Origin: Camelus ferus
Taxonomy: Eukaryota
DNA: 64,000 bases
Direction: 5' to 3'
Assembly: GCF_009834535.1 (NCBI RefSeq)
Contig: NC_045697.1
Coordinates: 67,086,001 to 67,150,000 of the forward strand
Below the pieces are notes generated by a model. That model had not been told where the DNA came from. It did not search any database and worked only from the letters and a program-made list of their open reading frames with translations. Every line of letters starts with the position of its first letter. The first letter of the stretch is position 1. Below are positions 26,130 through 38,550 of the stretch, in pieces. Made by a program: the position numbers and the translations under genes.

Positions 26130-26300
26130 AGTGTCCAGAGGGCAGAAATAGAATGAAAGTTAGAAAAAGAATGGTTAATGGAAGTTAGAAAGATTTAAGC
26201 CAATGTAAGGAAGAACTTTCAAGCACTTATTTCATGGATGGACCTGCTTGTCAGCAGAGACAAGGGAACCATCTGTCAGTGTTTCTGTGGGCACTAGGGC
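26130..26300 (+). mobile_element. L3/CR1 3' fragment
   Basis: ccagagggcagaa...ggaagttag...agatttaagccaatgtaaggaagaactttc...accatctgtcag. Confidence 0.65.
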
Positions 26301-27039
26301 TAAGGGTTTTGAAAGATTACTGACTAAATATGAGTTTTTAGAGTGAGGAAGCACCTGAAATGGTGGTGTGCACTGCAGTTTCCCTAGAGAACTAGAAAGT
26401 TTAATTTAAGGAGCGTTCACTCTTCGATCCATCTTTGAACTACATTTGCCTTAAAATCCAAGTGGAACACCGAATAACTAGAGACTATCTCGGGGAAAGT
26501 GACTTAAACAACAACAGAAAAAAGGGGAGGGGGCAGATAAGGATGCGGATATGATACAAAATCTCTGCTGTCATGTATAAGTGCTACCTCAGTTCCCTGG
26601 CTCCAGGGGACAGATAGCAAATTAATGTGTAAAATTAAGAAGAGATATAATCTGATTCAAGGCATATTGGATTTTTCTGGCAATTACAACAGTTAGGTCC
26701 AGTTTGCTTAAATATATTTTTATCAGCATTACAGAAATATGCTTTCACTTCCAAAACTTCTATGACATCATTATCAAAATGTCTACACATCATGTCCAAG
26801 TCACAGAGCAACAGGACAAAAATATATGACATAATTAAATAGCTTGTGCTTCTTGGAAAAATAAGCATTTAACAGTGTAGTTAATAAATAATGTTTAATG
26901 CTGTTTAAAAGGACCCAGCAGAGTGCCTATCCTGCCACAAGGTAAACACTCCATACAGACGTATGGAATGCATACATTAGAACTAGATGAGTACCAGTGA
27001 TAGCTCAAACTTCCATTCCAGGAATTGAAGGGGTGTTAA

Positions 27040-27208
27040 ATCTATTGTTTCATTTATTTCTTTAAATAGCCCTATGAGGGAGATTCTATGACAGTCTCTT
27101 ACTGGTGAGAAACTGCGGCCAAGGAACTTGCCCAAGGTAAGTTAAGTGCTAGAAACAAGAATTGAACCCAAGTCTGTTCAGTGTCCCAAACCACATGCTT
27201 ATTCACTG
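27040..27208 (-). mobile_element. MIR SINE
   Basis: agccctatgaggg...gagaaactgcggcc...aacttgcccaagg...aagaattgaacccaagtctg. Confidence 0.75.
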
Positions 27209-28223
27209 TTAAGTGTGGGCTAGGTGATCCCCATTCTCCTCCTGCTCTTGCATATTTTATTTTTGTATATTTCAGAATGAGCCCTATCAGGACCTCTGTA
27301 GTATGAGAAACTACAGCTCTAATGGCACACAGGAAAAAGAATTGTATATGGAAATGATTTTGCCAGGTGGAGATTTAATACATCTTTTTACATAAATTAG
27401 CACTGTAAGTTCTGGATGTGCATTAAGTTCAATCATTTGTTTTAAATGTGTCTTCTCCCACTACGGAGCTCTTTGACCTATATTCTGTTACCTTCATTAT
27501 TAATAAACTCTAGTGTTTGACATCGTGCACTTGTTGCATAGTGATTTTCACATTTAGTGAGCAAGAAAAATCATCCTCTTGATGACCATTTTGTAATTCT
27601 CCTTGAAAATGTTTCCTTGGGATGTTGTTCAGATTGATTAAAACTAATTTAGAGGAAAAAGGAGGCAAGCATCTTCAGTTCCTAAGCTAATTAGCATCAT
27701 ATAAAGTCTCTGTAATTGACATAACATTTCATAGTTGTATTTCATCCTTCATACGGCGATTATTCATGAAGTAGAGCCAAGGCAGGAAGGAAATGGGGGC
27801 AGGCACAAAGGGAACAAGTAGGCGAATGTGCATGCATAGGACTGAGTGTATGCCTCTGGCATTACGCCAAGTCCAAATAAAAATGTGGCTGTTATCTGTT
27901 GTTTTGTCATAGCCACAGCAGTTATTTCCTCTCCCCTGACCTGTTATCAAGCACAATTAAAACAACTACTTATGAAATGCAAAGCATGAGAGAGCCTTTA
28001 AAAATCCAAGAATGCTCTATCAATTTTATGCAAAGAATTCTGATATAATGGCACTCTGGGACGAGCAATAACTATTTTTTCCCTCCCATAACATCAACTG
28101 CAAAAGATTAGGGATACATACCCAAATGCTCCCTAAATAAATAAATATGCTTTATCCAGGAATTTAGCTAAATGCTTTATGAGTCTAGTTACATTTTTGT
28201 TTTACTTCTCAAGACAGTTATAA

Positions 28224-28267
28224 TCTTCTGTTTCATAGTCTTCTGTTCCATAGTCTTCTGTTCATAA
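28224..28267 (+). repeat. 15-bp tandem repeat, 3 copies
   Basis: tcttctgtttcatag / tcttctgttccatag / tcttctgttcataa. Confidence 0.9.
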
Positions 28268-29740
28268 TTTTCTTTAGTATTTCACTTTATTTGACCTAAA
28301 TGTATCTCCTCCAAACTTCTTAGGGTGCTTTCAAATTGTGGGATTTTACTTTCACAATTTGAAATGGACTTATTTGCTTGCTATCAGGTCAGTTCTTAGA
28401 GAAGCTTAAAGCAACTGAAATTTGTCTTCCTGAGTTTCCTTTTCTGTACAAACACGCCTCTGCATAGCCCCCCCCCCCCAAGCACCAGGGAGCTTCTTCC
28501 AAAGAAAATGACTTACTGATAAATTAAGATATTTGATGATCACGTGAAGTGATTAGAAACTTTATCACGACTCCTTCTTTAGTATAGAGAAGTGGCAGCT
28601 TGGGAGTGGGCAAAAAGTCCCCAAGGAACGTTTTCTCATCCCCCAAACTCCTGGACAATTCCTTCACTCAGGTGAAGGAGCAGTGAGGACCCCACCTACT
28701 CGTTCGTGACTGTAAACTCTAATAGTTTATAGCCTTAGTCTTGCCAGAGTGAATGATGACATATTTCAAAAACATCTGTGTCTTCCTTTGAAACATCAGT
28801 CTGAGGTTACTATTCTCTTTCAGAATTCAATTCTAGAACTATACAAGTATGATTAGAAATGCCATGACAAGTGGTTTTCGCTTTATCTTATTGATAGTTT
28901 TTGAAAAAGAGGAGTTTATGTTCTCTGATAAGCAGTTTTTAGAATAAACTTGGTTAAAAATTTTAAGAAACACAAAATTAAGAAAGAAAGGATGAAAAGA
29001 AAATGTATTACAAGGAATCATGCTGCGATCTAAAATGTCCAGCTGCATAGGGTTGCCAGGCTGGGGATGGGAAGTTTGTGTAGTAACCTGAGGACTGTCT
29101 TCTACTATAACAACCTGAATATTGTTTATTGAACAAGTAAACCGAATGCCCATGGCTCTGACGCCTGAGCATTTATAAAGAGAAAAGGTAAAACTTTGAG
29201 AATAAGTAAAGCTTTCAGTGCTAACAAAAGAAAATCCAACTTTCTTTAGAAAGGTGAAAAATGATTACAAGACAGTCCCTGCTCTTCCTCACAGTCAGAG
29301 GCCAACACCAGGCAAACATCCCAGACTAATCTCAATCCTCCCCCCACCGCTGCCTCCCTGGACTTCAGGATGTTTTCCTGCTGCTCACTTTCCATAACAC
29401 TGCCTTCAGTTTGTTTAGGGAGTATCCATCTCATTAAGTGAGACAATAATCCTCTGTATTTCTGACATCCCTTAATTTTTTTTTTCAGAGATACTTGGAA
29501 TTGAGATGGTATAAACAAAAACATAGGCTTCATTAGATTGAAGTCAATATTCTGACAGCTGAAACATTAAGACATCAAGTTTGTGATAAATGGTTGATGG
29601 AGATGGAGCAAACTGTGTCAAGGGGTTTTTTGGCTGGTTTCTAAATATTCCCTCCAGCTCACCCAGTTTTGCGTCAGGGAAATTCCGATGACAAAGTAAT
29701 CCTGCCATTATTTAAACATGGATAGAGAAAGTAATTCTTC

Positions 29741-29819
29741 TAGGTTTATTTATTTATTTATTTTAATGGAGGTACTGAGGATTGAGCCCAGGACCTCCTG
29801 CATGCTAAGCACTACCACT
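29741..29819 (-). mobile_element. vic-1-like tRNA-derived SINE, truncated at both ends
   Basis: Reverse strand reads cagtggtagtgcttagcatgcaggaggtcctgggctcaatcctcagtacctccattaaaataaataaataaataaaccta. 16-bp TSD gagaa(a/g)gtaattcttc. Confidence 0.9.
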
Positions 29820-32800
29820 GAGAAGGTAATTCTTCATTTCTTAAGATGATGAAAACCACTAAAAAATAAAATAATTACCTGAAAACCTAGTATTTTACTC
29901 CATTTGCTTTTTTGTCCACAGATTCTTTATGATGTTATGAAATGTTTTCTATTAAACTATTTACTAGTGATCAGAATGAAATCCTAATTGATCTTACAAC
30001 CCGAGTCTCCCCTTTGAGCAAAGGTGGACACTAAAAAGAGGTTGTGCTCCCTCCAACTCCAGGGGGATTATTCTATGGTTCTCCACAGCCTAATGCGGCT
30101 GGCTGCCAGCAAAGGCTTTCTGGTAAATGCTATTTATGCTCACTCAATTAAAGTAAACGAATATTTATTGAGCTGTACATAGACAGAATGTTGCAGTAAT
30201 GTGGTAATGCAGTCACCACCTCACCACCCTAACCACCCTAAAGACCCTCAACTTTTCTTCTTTCAGAGCTCAGCACCCAGGGAATTCACTCCTAGAGTGG
30301 TGGTTTTTTGGTACATTTTGAACATTTATAAAATACTAATTACTCCTGATGCTATAATGGATATACTAGATAATATAAAATACCCAAACCAAAGCAAGCA
30401 TTCTTGCCTTCTAGAATTTAACTTCTAAAATATAAGCTCAGAATAGCACAATAGTTCTTTTAGAAAAGGATAGCATGATCTTGTTCACAAGAGCTTACAA
30501 ACAAAAAGAACTTGCTGTGCAACACAATATTTCTATCACTTTGAAGGTCTTTTTATGAGGAAATGGCATTTTCAACATTTCTGCTTGAGAGGGCCTGAGA
30601 ATAAATACAAAGAATCAAATATGAAAACAAAGCCTTAGTAAGCATTTAAAATGTTAATTTATTCTGCACTTACTGTGTGTCTGGAAAAAGATGGATCAGG
30701 TTAAATAAGACTTACTGAAAAGTGTTATGAATCCCCACCCCTTAAAATAGGATGAAAACTCACAGACCAAGACCATATCTTTAGGTTCCAAGTCCAACTA
30801 TTCTTCCTTGTTACATTCATTAGGGATGTCTGACATAAAATTGAGGCAGATTTAGTCTTTTTAGTAAGCAACTTCATTGAGAATGTCAGTTATCTTCGTA
30901 TCAAAGAGGACACATAAACAAAAAAAATCATATTTTCATAAGCCTAGAGATCCAACAAATTTAATTTGTTGTAGCTATCAGTACTTGGTACACTTTTCTT
31001 TTTGAAAAGGGGATTGATAAATATTTCCCAATAAAACTTCATGCAAGTATGTTTTATTGATGTATATACTGAAAAATATAAAATTTTTTTAGAGTTCTGA
31101 ATTGGTTTAAATGACTTACTTGTCCACTTTGTTTTCCTTTCTTTTAAATGGGAGGGGGGTTTTTTAGATTTCATTACAATAAGCTGTAATAATTTAGAAG
31201 TTCAACAGAACATTGGCTTCAACCAAGAGGTCCTGTAAACATAGGAGAAAGCATACTCTTCTCTTTCATGGAGGCATTAATATACTTACTGTGAGTAACA
31301 TGGAAAAAATACATGAAACTCAAAAAGGATCAGAAAAGAGAAATGTACATCATCCAGGTTACATTTTTAAAAGAATTTAAATGAAGAAAATACTCCAGTA
31401 AAGAAGAACAAAAGCTATTTTGATCAAATTTTATAAATCATATGATTAACACTTGCGATTAGCAAACCAAGGCCATCCCAGGATTCAATTCCAAGATGTT
31501 GAGATTTAGGGCCAGTTTTTCTGAAAGATCTAACTATCCTCAATCTCTGTAATGTTCTACCTCAATCTTTCCACTGCATCTGGGCAAATATAAGCAATGT
31601 TTTTCCCTGTCTCAATCATCAAGCATGAACTGCCCTCTCATTTCTGTCTAAACAAATAACTGCATCCTCCAAACTTCCACGTGATCATTTTGGAACAGGT
31701 TTTTCTGACTCTAGTTAACCTAAAAGTCTCTCTACTATAGAATACAACTTATAACTGTAGTGTATTCTTCATAAAAGTAAAGAAAGATTTAATAAACTGT
31801 AAAGGATAATATCTGAATCAATTGTTTTGGAGACAGAATGAAGCCCACTTTTCTCTGTCATTCATCTCCTTCCTCCACTTCTGGAATTTATTTTTCAACA
31901 AGATTAGGGAAGAAAAAATAAATTAAATTCTACATATTTCTCAAACATCTATTTGAATGCTTAGTATTATTTCAACTACTATGGTAGATTACAAAGAAGA
32001 TGTTCTTTGGGTTTCTGCTCTTATGTAGCAGATCTATTATTTGATATTTAATTCAAAACAAGAATCACAAGGTTAAAACCAAAATTGCTTCACACTCTCT
32101 TTGTCACACTCACACACACATACACAACATGTTAATTGTTAACTACAAGAGTTTTCCTCAGAATATGAAATATAATGGCATTTAGCAAACGAATGGTTAT
32201 GATAATTTAATGTAACTATTTCAGGGCCCCCAAAGTAACACTCTTTTTATTGTGTTTTCCAAAGCTCTAAGATAATTATGCTGCATAGTAGAGTCTCTAT
32301 CATATCCCCTATTATGGATTTTATGGTTCATTTTACTGAAACATTTCTCCCCTCCTTTATTATCTAGAACTTGGATGCTTTTTTTCTCTAACACTTTCCT
32401 ATCAAGACAGAAGATCAAGTTGATAATGTCCCATGGATCATAGTAAGCTCATCTATTTGTACTGGTAGAAGATCTGTGGTAACAGCAAGGGCCAACCGAA
32501 CACATGTCAGATGTGCTGACTGGTCCCAGGACAGCAGGCAACATGCAACAAAAAAGAGAAGTTCAAGACCTCACTGACGACAACAAGCTGCAGCAACAGC
32601 TTCCCAGCTGAGTGACATGAAGCCCATAATGGAAACATTACTCATTTAGGTAGGCACACATGAAATATTAATTTCCTGGATTGTCTGTATTTGCATAGTA
32701 ATAATAAGTTCATCTTCTTGGCTTGTTCTGGCCTCAATTAGCAATTTTATTGTCATACCTGAGATTTGGGGAAGGAAGGAGAAGAGAAGGCTATAGAAAA

Positions 32801-34084
32801 TGTCCCTCTGGAAACAGCAACACTAATGGAGCTTATCACTACCATCATTAATTTAATCAAAAACCTTGAGGCAGAGGGCTAGAACAATCTGTTAAGGAAA
32901 CATTTTCTAAAATGAGAGTGCTTCCCATTTCAATTAGGGTCCTGCTCTTATTTTCTCTTTGAGACATTATTTTTCTCTATTATCTCCCCTTTCCAGCCCT
33001 CCCCCTTCTTGCCATTGATTCGATCTGCAACTGGAGGCTGTATTTTTGCTAAAAAATGTCTACTTGCAAATTGACAATTTTGCAACAACATCCATCTCCT
33101 CTAACCTTTTTAACTGACTTCCTTATTTTTAATGACATCTCAATTAGTTCACACCCACTGGGCCAAAGATAAAGTCCTTGTATCTCAATGAGAGAATACT
33201 CTGGAGAGAATGGAGTTGGCTTCATGGCGTGCATGTTAATATGCTAGTCTCTTTAATTAGTTTTACAGATAATGGCTGCCAGTAGATAATTCTGCTGTAC
33301 TTGTGTGTTTGTACTCACATGGGTGGTTAGGTGTATTCCCTCTTCCAGATACAAAACAACAAAACCATGAAGGAGGCCACTGAGGAAAGAATTCTTGAAA
33401 ATGGAATCCCAGCGATGACTATAGACATCATCCGTACAAAACAAAAATATCAATCCACAATTTCAGAACTATAAACTTGCTGATTTTTAAACCTCAGGAA
33501 CACCATTATTAAACATACGGAAAGTGGTGGTGGTCTTGATTGGACAATTTGTATTTGTGTGGTCAAGAGCCAGGCTCTAGTAACTCTAAAGTAAACATTC
33601 TGTAACACCTCCATAATTTTCTGAGTTAAAGACACAAATGACAGTGAAAAAAAAATTTCAATATAGTTATTATTGTTTCTAGAATAAATAGAAATACGCT
33701 CATGGTCTAAGCTAGAAGCTCTCAACATGGATAACTACATAACAAAATTAGTTTCCATAAACAATGAAAACTAAATAAAAAAGACAGCATTGATTTATGC
33801 ATAAAAAGCTGCCATCTTTCTTCCCCCATGAGGGAAATATTAAAACAGGCTCTATTTTTTCTCTCTCTGTTTCATAAAATTCTTAGCAAATTTTATTGAG
33901 GGATGAGAAATCTGGTGAGAGACTTCAAAGGTACTAAGCTATCATTCAAATAAATGAATAAATTGGAATAACCCTTGACATTCCTTTCCTCCCACATATT
34001 CCATATATACATGCCCATCCAGAGAAGCCAAAATGGTAACACCGAACTTCTCATATAGAAATTTTATATATTTAATATATGAGG

Positions 34085-34281
34085 AATAGGTAATATCGAT
34101 TGCTCACATATGTTGGGAGCTCTGCTGAGTGCTTTATGTATATTAAAGTATTCAATCCTCTCAGCAACCTTGGAAGTATAATAACCCTTTTACTTTTACA
34201 GATGAAGAAATGAGGCACAGAGAAGTACAGAAACTAGAAGTGATTGGTTTGGAATCCAAATCCATGCACTTTTAACCACCA
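34085..34281 (-). mobile_element. MIR SINE
   Basis: gtgctttatgtatatt...ttcaatcctctcagcaacc...ttttacagatgaagaaatgaggcacagagaag...tccatgcacttttaaccac. Confidence 0.8.
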
Positions 34282-34479
34282 AACTATTTTCTCTGCAGGA
34301 GGGAAAAGAGCTGGCATAGGGTCCAGGAAACTTTAATCAGCTGCTTTCTTTCCCATTATAATGACTCTCTGAGCCTCCATCTTCTCATTTAAAAAATGTC
34401 TACATAACTTGAAGTTGTAGATTTCTATGTCACTTTTCAGCTCCAATCTGCATGATCTTTCAAACTGTAAACTGCCCCC

Positions 34480-35680
34480 TGGAAGTTAAGTGTTGAAAGG
34501 GCATTTGAGATCCTCGAATCCAGGCTCCTTCTCTTCACTAGGGCAATCCATCCTATAATATCTCTGATATATTATGATTTTTATACATAAACTTTTCTAG
34601 TGAAAGGCATAGCCCATAGCACAGGAGACACTGTTAAAAGTTTAATTGCTAGGTATGTCTTCTTTTTATTGACTTTAACTATATCTACTGCAAGGCTTAA
34701 ATATTAAATCACTTCCTTTATTTCTGTATCTTTTGCTTTTTATATAACTTTTTACAAACATAAAGAAAAAAAGAATTATTATGTAAACTTTTGGAAAATA
34801 CAGGAATACTAAAAATAAATTTTAAACATCAACAATTTAATCACCCAGAGAAATCCATTAAAAAGGATCTCTTCAGTTATTTTAATATATATATTACAAC
34901 TTAAATAATTAAACCTTGATGTAGTGATCTTTTTACTCAACATCATAATGTGAACAGGTATTCATATCATTGCCTGTTCTTGGCATGATTTTTTATAATT
35001 GTTTCAGCTTCTTTGTATTTTAAATTTTTTATTACAACTCTAAAGAATTTTTGAATAATTTAGATATTCCCACTCTTAACCATTAATATTTTCTTTATGG
35101 TTTCTTGATTTGATGTCATTCATTTAAACTCCAAAAGAAGTTAAATATTTGCTTCTATTTTCTTGTGTTTCTCAACACAATTTTTATGGTTTCTCAACAT
35201 TTTCTGTTATCTCTTTAATCCATCTGTCATTTATCCTGGCATAATTTACATGGTATGAGAAACTATAAATTTTGTGAAACCCCACAAATGATATTCTTCT
35301 ATATAATAGGCCTTCAGGTATTTGCAATCTGTGGTCATGCCTATCATTTCTCTTCCACCTAAGTCACAAGTCTTCTCTGTTAAATAGGATCAATTCTATC
35401 TTTCCTCAAAGGTGTTTGGAAAGTAGTATCCTCTGTATATTCTCAAACCTGCCAATTTTATTTGGAAGTGGGATGTTCGTAACTGGACACAATTTTTAAA
35501 TGCACAATCAGTGTTCATGTATCTTAGGGCAGGAAATTATAATTCCATAAATGCAACTTACAAGATTAAATAGACTTGTTGGCTACCACGTCATAACCTT
35601 GGCATGAATTCAACTGGTACTTAACTAAAATCTCCCCGATCTTTTTCCCATGAACCACTACTGTCAAGCCCTATTTTCTG
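34480..35680 (-). mobile_element. L3/CR1 fragment, interrupted by L1ME at about 34740-35270
   Basis: Antisense L3 blocks on both sides: gaaagggcatttgagatc... on the left; ccttcaggtatttg, aactggacaca, and caactggtacttaactaaaatctccccgatctttttcccatgaaccac...tgtcaagcc on the right. Confidence 0.6.
34740..35270 (-). mobile_element. Old L1 (L1ME-type) fragments
   Basis: ggaaaatacaggaa...aatcacccagagaaatcca and tctttaatccatctgtcatttat...tggtatgag. Confidence 0.5.
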
Positions 35681-37779
35681 AAAATGCTGGCAATTAATCT
35701 ACAAGCCTTTCATCTACATAGCAGGGTACATGCATTTGATATACATTGTGCTTTCAAATGGTGATTGTGTTTCTGATTTAAATAAGATTATGCATTTACC
35801 CAGAAACATAGATGGGGACTCAATGAATGCCTTTGATAGGAGTGATAATGTGTACTGATGCTGGGGTCCCTGTTCAGTAATCCTTCCTCATAAACACACT
35901 CCATCTCACTGCAGCACAGGAAACATGATGCAATGCCTTCACGTGAGCAATGCCTTCACTTAAAACACACACCTATGGTACGATAAGAGAGATTTCAGGG
36001 AATTCCTTCAATGATACCAAGAAACAAACTTAAAACTCCTCTGAATAAAAGAAGAATTTCAGGAACCAAAAGAACTGAGCAGACCACTTTTTTTGCAAAG
36101 CCCTTTGTGATCTTCTTAAGCCCATCTATTCAGAGTAAAGGTCAAGTGGGCAAAGCCAGCAATTCTATTTTCCCACAAAGCTGCTACAGTTTTCTGTCTC
36201 TTGACAGCCCCCCAGTCACTAGGAGTCTATTATCTCCCATTCTCTCTCCAGCACCACCCAGATCCTTAACTGGAAACACACTAAACAGCTTCTTTCTTTC
36301 ATGGGTTGACTTTCAGCTTCTTGTAATGGCTTCATGTTATACATCTAAAAGCTTTCTTCCCCTGCTCTGTTTATTTAAAGAGGGTAATTTGAGAAAGCAG
36401 AACCCACCCTAAACAAGCCTTTCACTATGGTAGACCAAATGCAAGTAAAATTTGCTAATAAAGGCCTTTTCCAGTTCATTAGGTGGCACTTGAAAAGTAG
36501 CATCTAGATGACGGGTCTGAAACTGTCTTTAAAGACCATCTTAAGAATTTGATTTCTACTTGAAGGAGAACTTTGCATCTTGCTCTAAATAACAGTTAGT
36601 GATCCTTAAAAAAAACAAACAAACAACAAAATCCCTGGAGTTTACCGTCTAATCATACACACTACAGTTTGTGTCTGCATTCTATGAAGAACTCATGGAG
36701 TAAAAGCTTTTGTTTTTCTTGCCCCTATACCTGTTTAGATTGGTAGCCGTTTTCTTGTTCACGTAATCCAGATCAAGAAATTAAACACCACGAAATAAAA
36801 TCTAGTTTTTCTGAGTTGACAGCTACTTGGCAGATCAAAAAATCAAATCCTCCTACTTTCAAAGTTAAATGGAGAAAAAGGAGAGGAAAAAAAAAAAAAG
36901 ATTGCTTCTTGGCAGGCTTTAAGCTTTCCATTTAAAGGTGTTTGTCCACTGATGTGATCAGAGCAAGGCCAAAGGAGACATGTTCATAGCAGCAGAGTTA
37001 ACATATCAAGTTTAGGCTCAAGTAAGGTGTTTTCTTACATTTCTTATATTTAGTGCATATTTACTTGCCATTTCTTGACTGGCAATTCTTGACACATAAG
37101 CCACACATTTAAACACATGCATATCCTTAACTAGGAAGAGAAAACAGGGTTGGGTAACTGACTAAAAAACCAATGGCCCAAAGACACAAACAGAACTTGA
37201 AATGTCTTCAGGCTGAAGGTTAACATGTATCTTAACATTAATGTATGAAGCAAGGTGGTGATATTTACTTATCTTAATTTCATGATAAAATGTATTCAAA
37301 TTAAAATATTTTTAAAAGTGTCTGGTTCACCTTCAGTAATTGAGTAGTAAAGAAATGCACTTAAAACTTCTGGCCATGGGACCCAAATGGCAGAATTTTA
37401 GACCAGTTTTTTCATTTTATCTTTGACACACCATACTGTCTTACCACAGTGCTATTGTTCATTTCCTAATACTTACATGACAAAATCAACAAAGAGAGCA
37501 GGTTTCAATGATTAGGTAGAAGTTATCTCCAACTAAAATATATTCAAAAAGCCATTCTTCTTGTGTGTTACATCATGACTCTTTATAGGATTTCCACCCT
37601 TGGAAGTTGCAGTGGAATAACTGTATGGGAAGCAGCTGTCTTCTTAAGACGGTGATACACCCAAGATTCTATGGAGCTTAAGATATGAGCACATAGGAAT
37701 GGTGGCAAGTGCCCACAGCCTACAGGAGTTCTGATGGTGGCTGGCAGGACGTAGCCCTAAATCCTTGAGCTGGCTACAA

Positions 37780-38330
37780 GTACTCTGTAATCTGATCTCA
37801 ACTCACTTCTCCAGACTCATCTTTATATCCCGCCTCCTCAGCCACTCATACAGCATACTTTATCCGGATGGATCTATTTGTGGACCCTGGAAAGCACCAT
37901 TTTCCCTCCAGCACCTAAGTCTTTGCACTTGAATTTATTTATATCTAAAATGTCCTCAGAGAATACAGACTTGTGGTTACCGGGGGGTGGAGGGTGGGAA
38001 GGGATAGACTGGGATTTCAAAATTGTAGAATAGATAAACAAGATTACACTGTATAGCACAGGGAAATTTACACAGAATGTTATGATAACTCACAGAGAAA
38101 AAAATGTGACAATGAGTGTGTATATGTCGATGAATGACTGAAATATTGTGCTGAACACTGGAATTTGACACAACATTGTAAAATGATTATAAATCAATAA
38201 AAAATGTTAAAAAAATTAAAAAAAATAAAATGTCCTCACCTTCTCACTCCAATTAATCCCAACTGCCTGACTAGGTAACTCCCACCCAGCCTTCAGTATT
38301 CAGCTTGAATCCAGTACTACTTAGCACGTC
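37780..38330 (+). mobile_element. L2 fragment hosting the young L1 insertion
   Basis: ttctccagactcatc...ctttgcacttg before the L1; tgcctgactaggtaactcccacccagccttcagtattcagctt after it. Confidence 0.55.
37959..38225 (+). mobile_element. 5'-truncated young lineage-specific L1 (3' UTR plus A-rich tail)
   Basis: cagacttgtggttaccggggg...gggatagactggga...actgtatagcacaggg...cacaacattgtaaa. AATAAA at 38196-38201, then an A-rich tail. Perfect 13-bp TSD taaaatgtcctca (37946-37958 and 38226-38238). Confidence 0.93.
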
Positions 38331-38406
38331 AAGTTAGGTTCCCCTCTTGTGCAGGTGAATGGCACCCCTCACTTGCCCTCATAACGCTCTAGAGTGATGA
38401 TGTAAA

Positions 38407-38550
38407 CAGAAGTTTTCAAAATGTGTCCAAAGGTCACATGCACCAGAATCTCTTCAGAGGTTTGTTGAAACCATTGTCCTAAGGAATCAAAATCTCTAGG
38501 AATGGAGCTGAGAAAGCTGCACTTCATAAATAAACTTCCCAGATAATACG
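38407..38550 (+). mobile_element. MER5-like hAT-Charlie fragment
   Basis: cagaagttttcaaaatgtg...caccagaatc...gaatcaaaatctctaggaatggagctgagaaagctgcac. Confidence 0.6.

Noticed and set aside
36011..36412. 133-aa ORF
   Set aside because: S/L/F/P-rich translation of pyrimidine-rich non-coding sequence, with no recognised homology.
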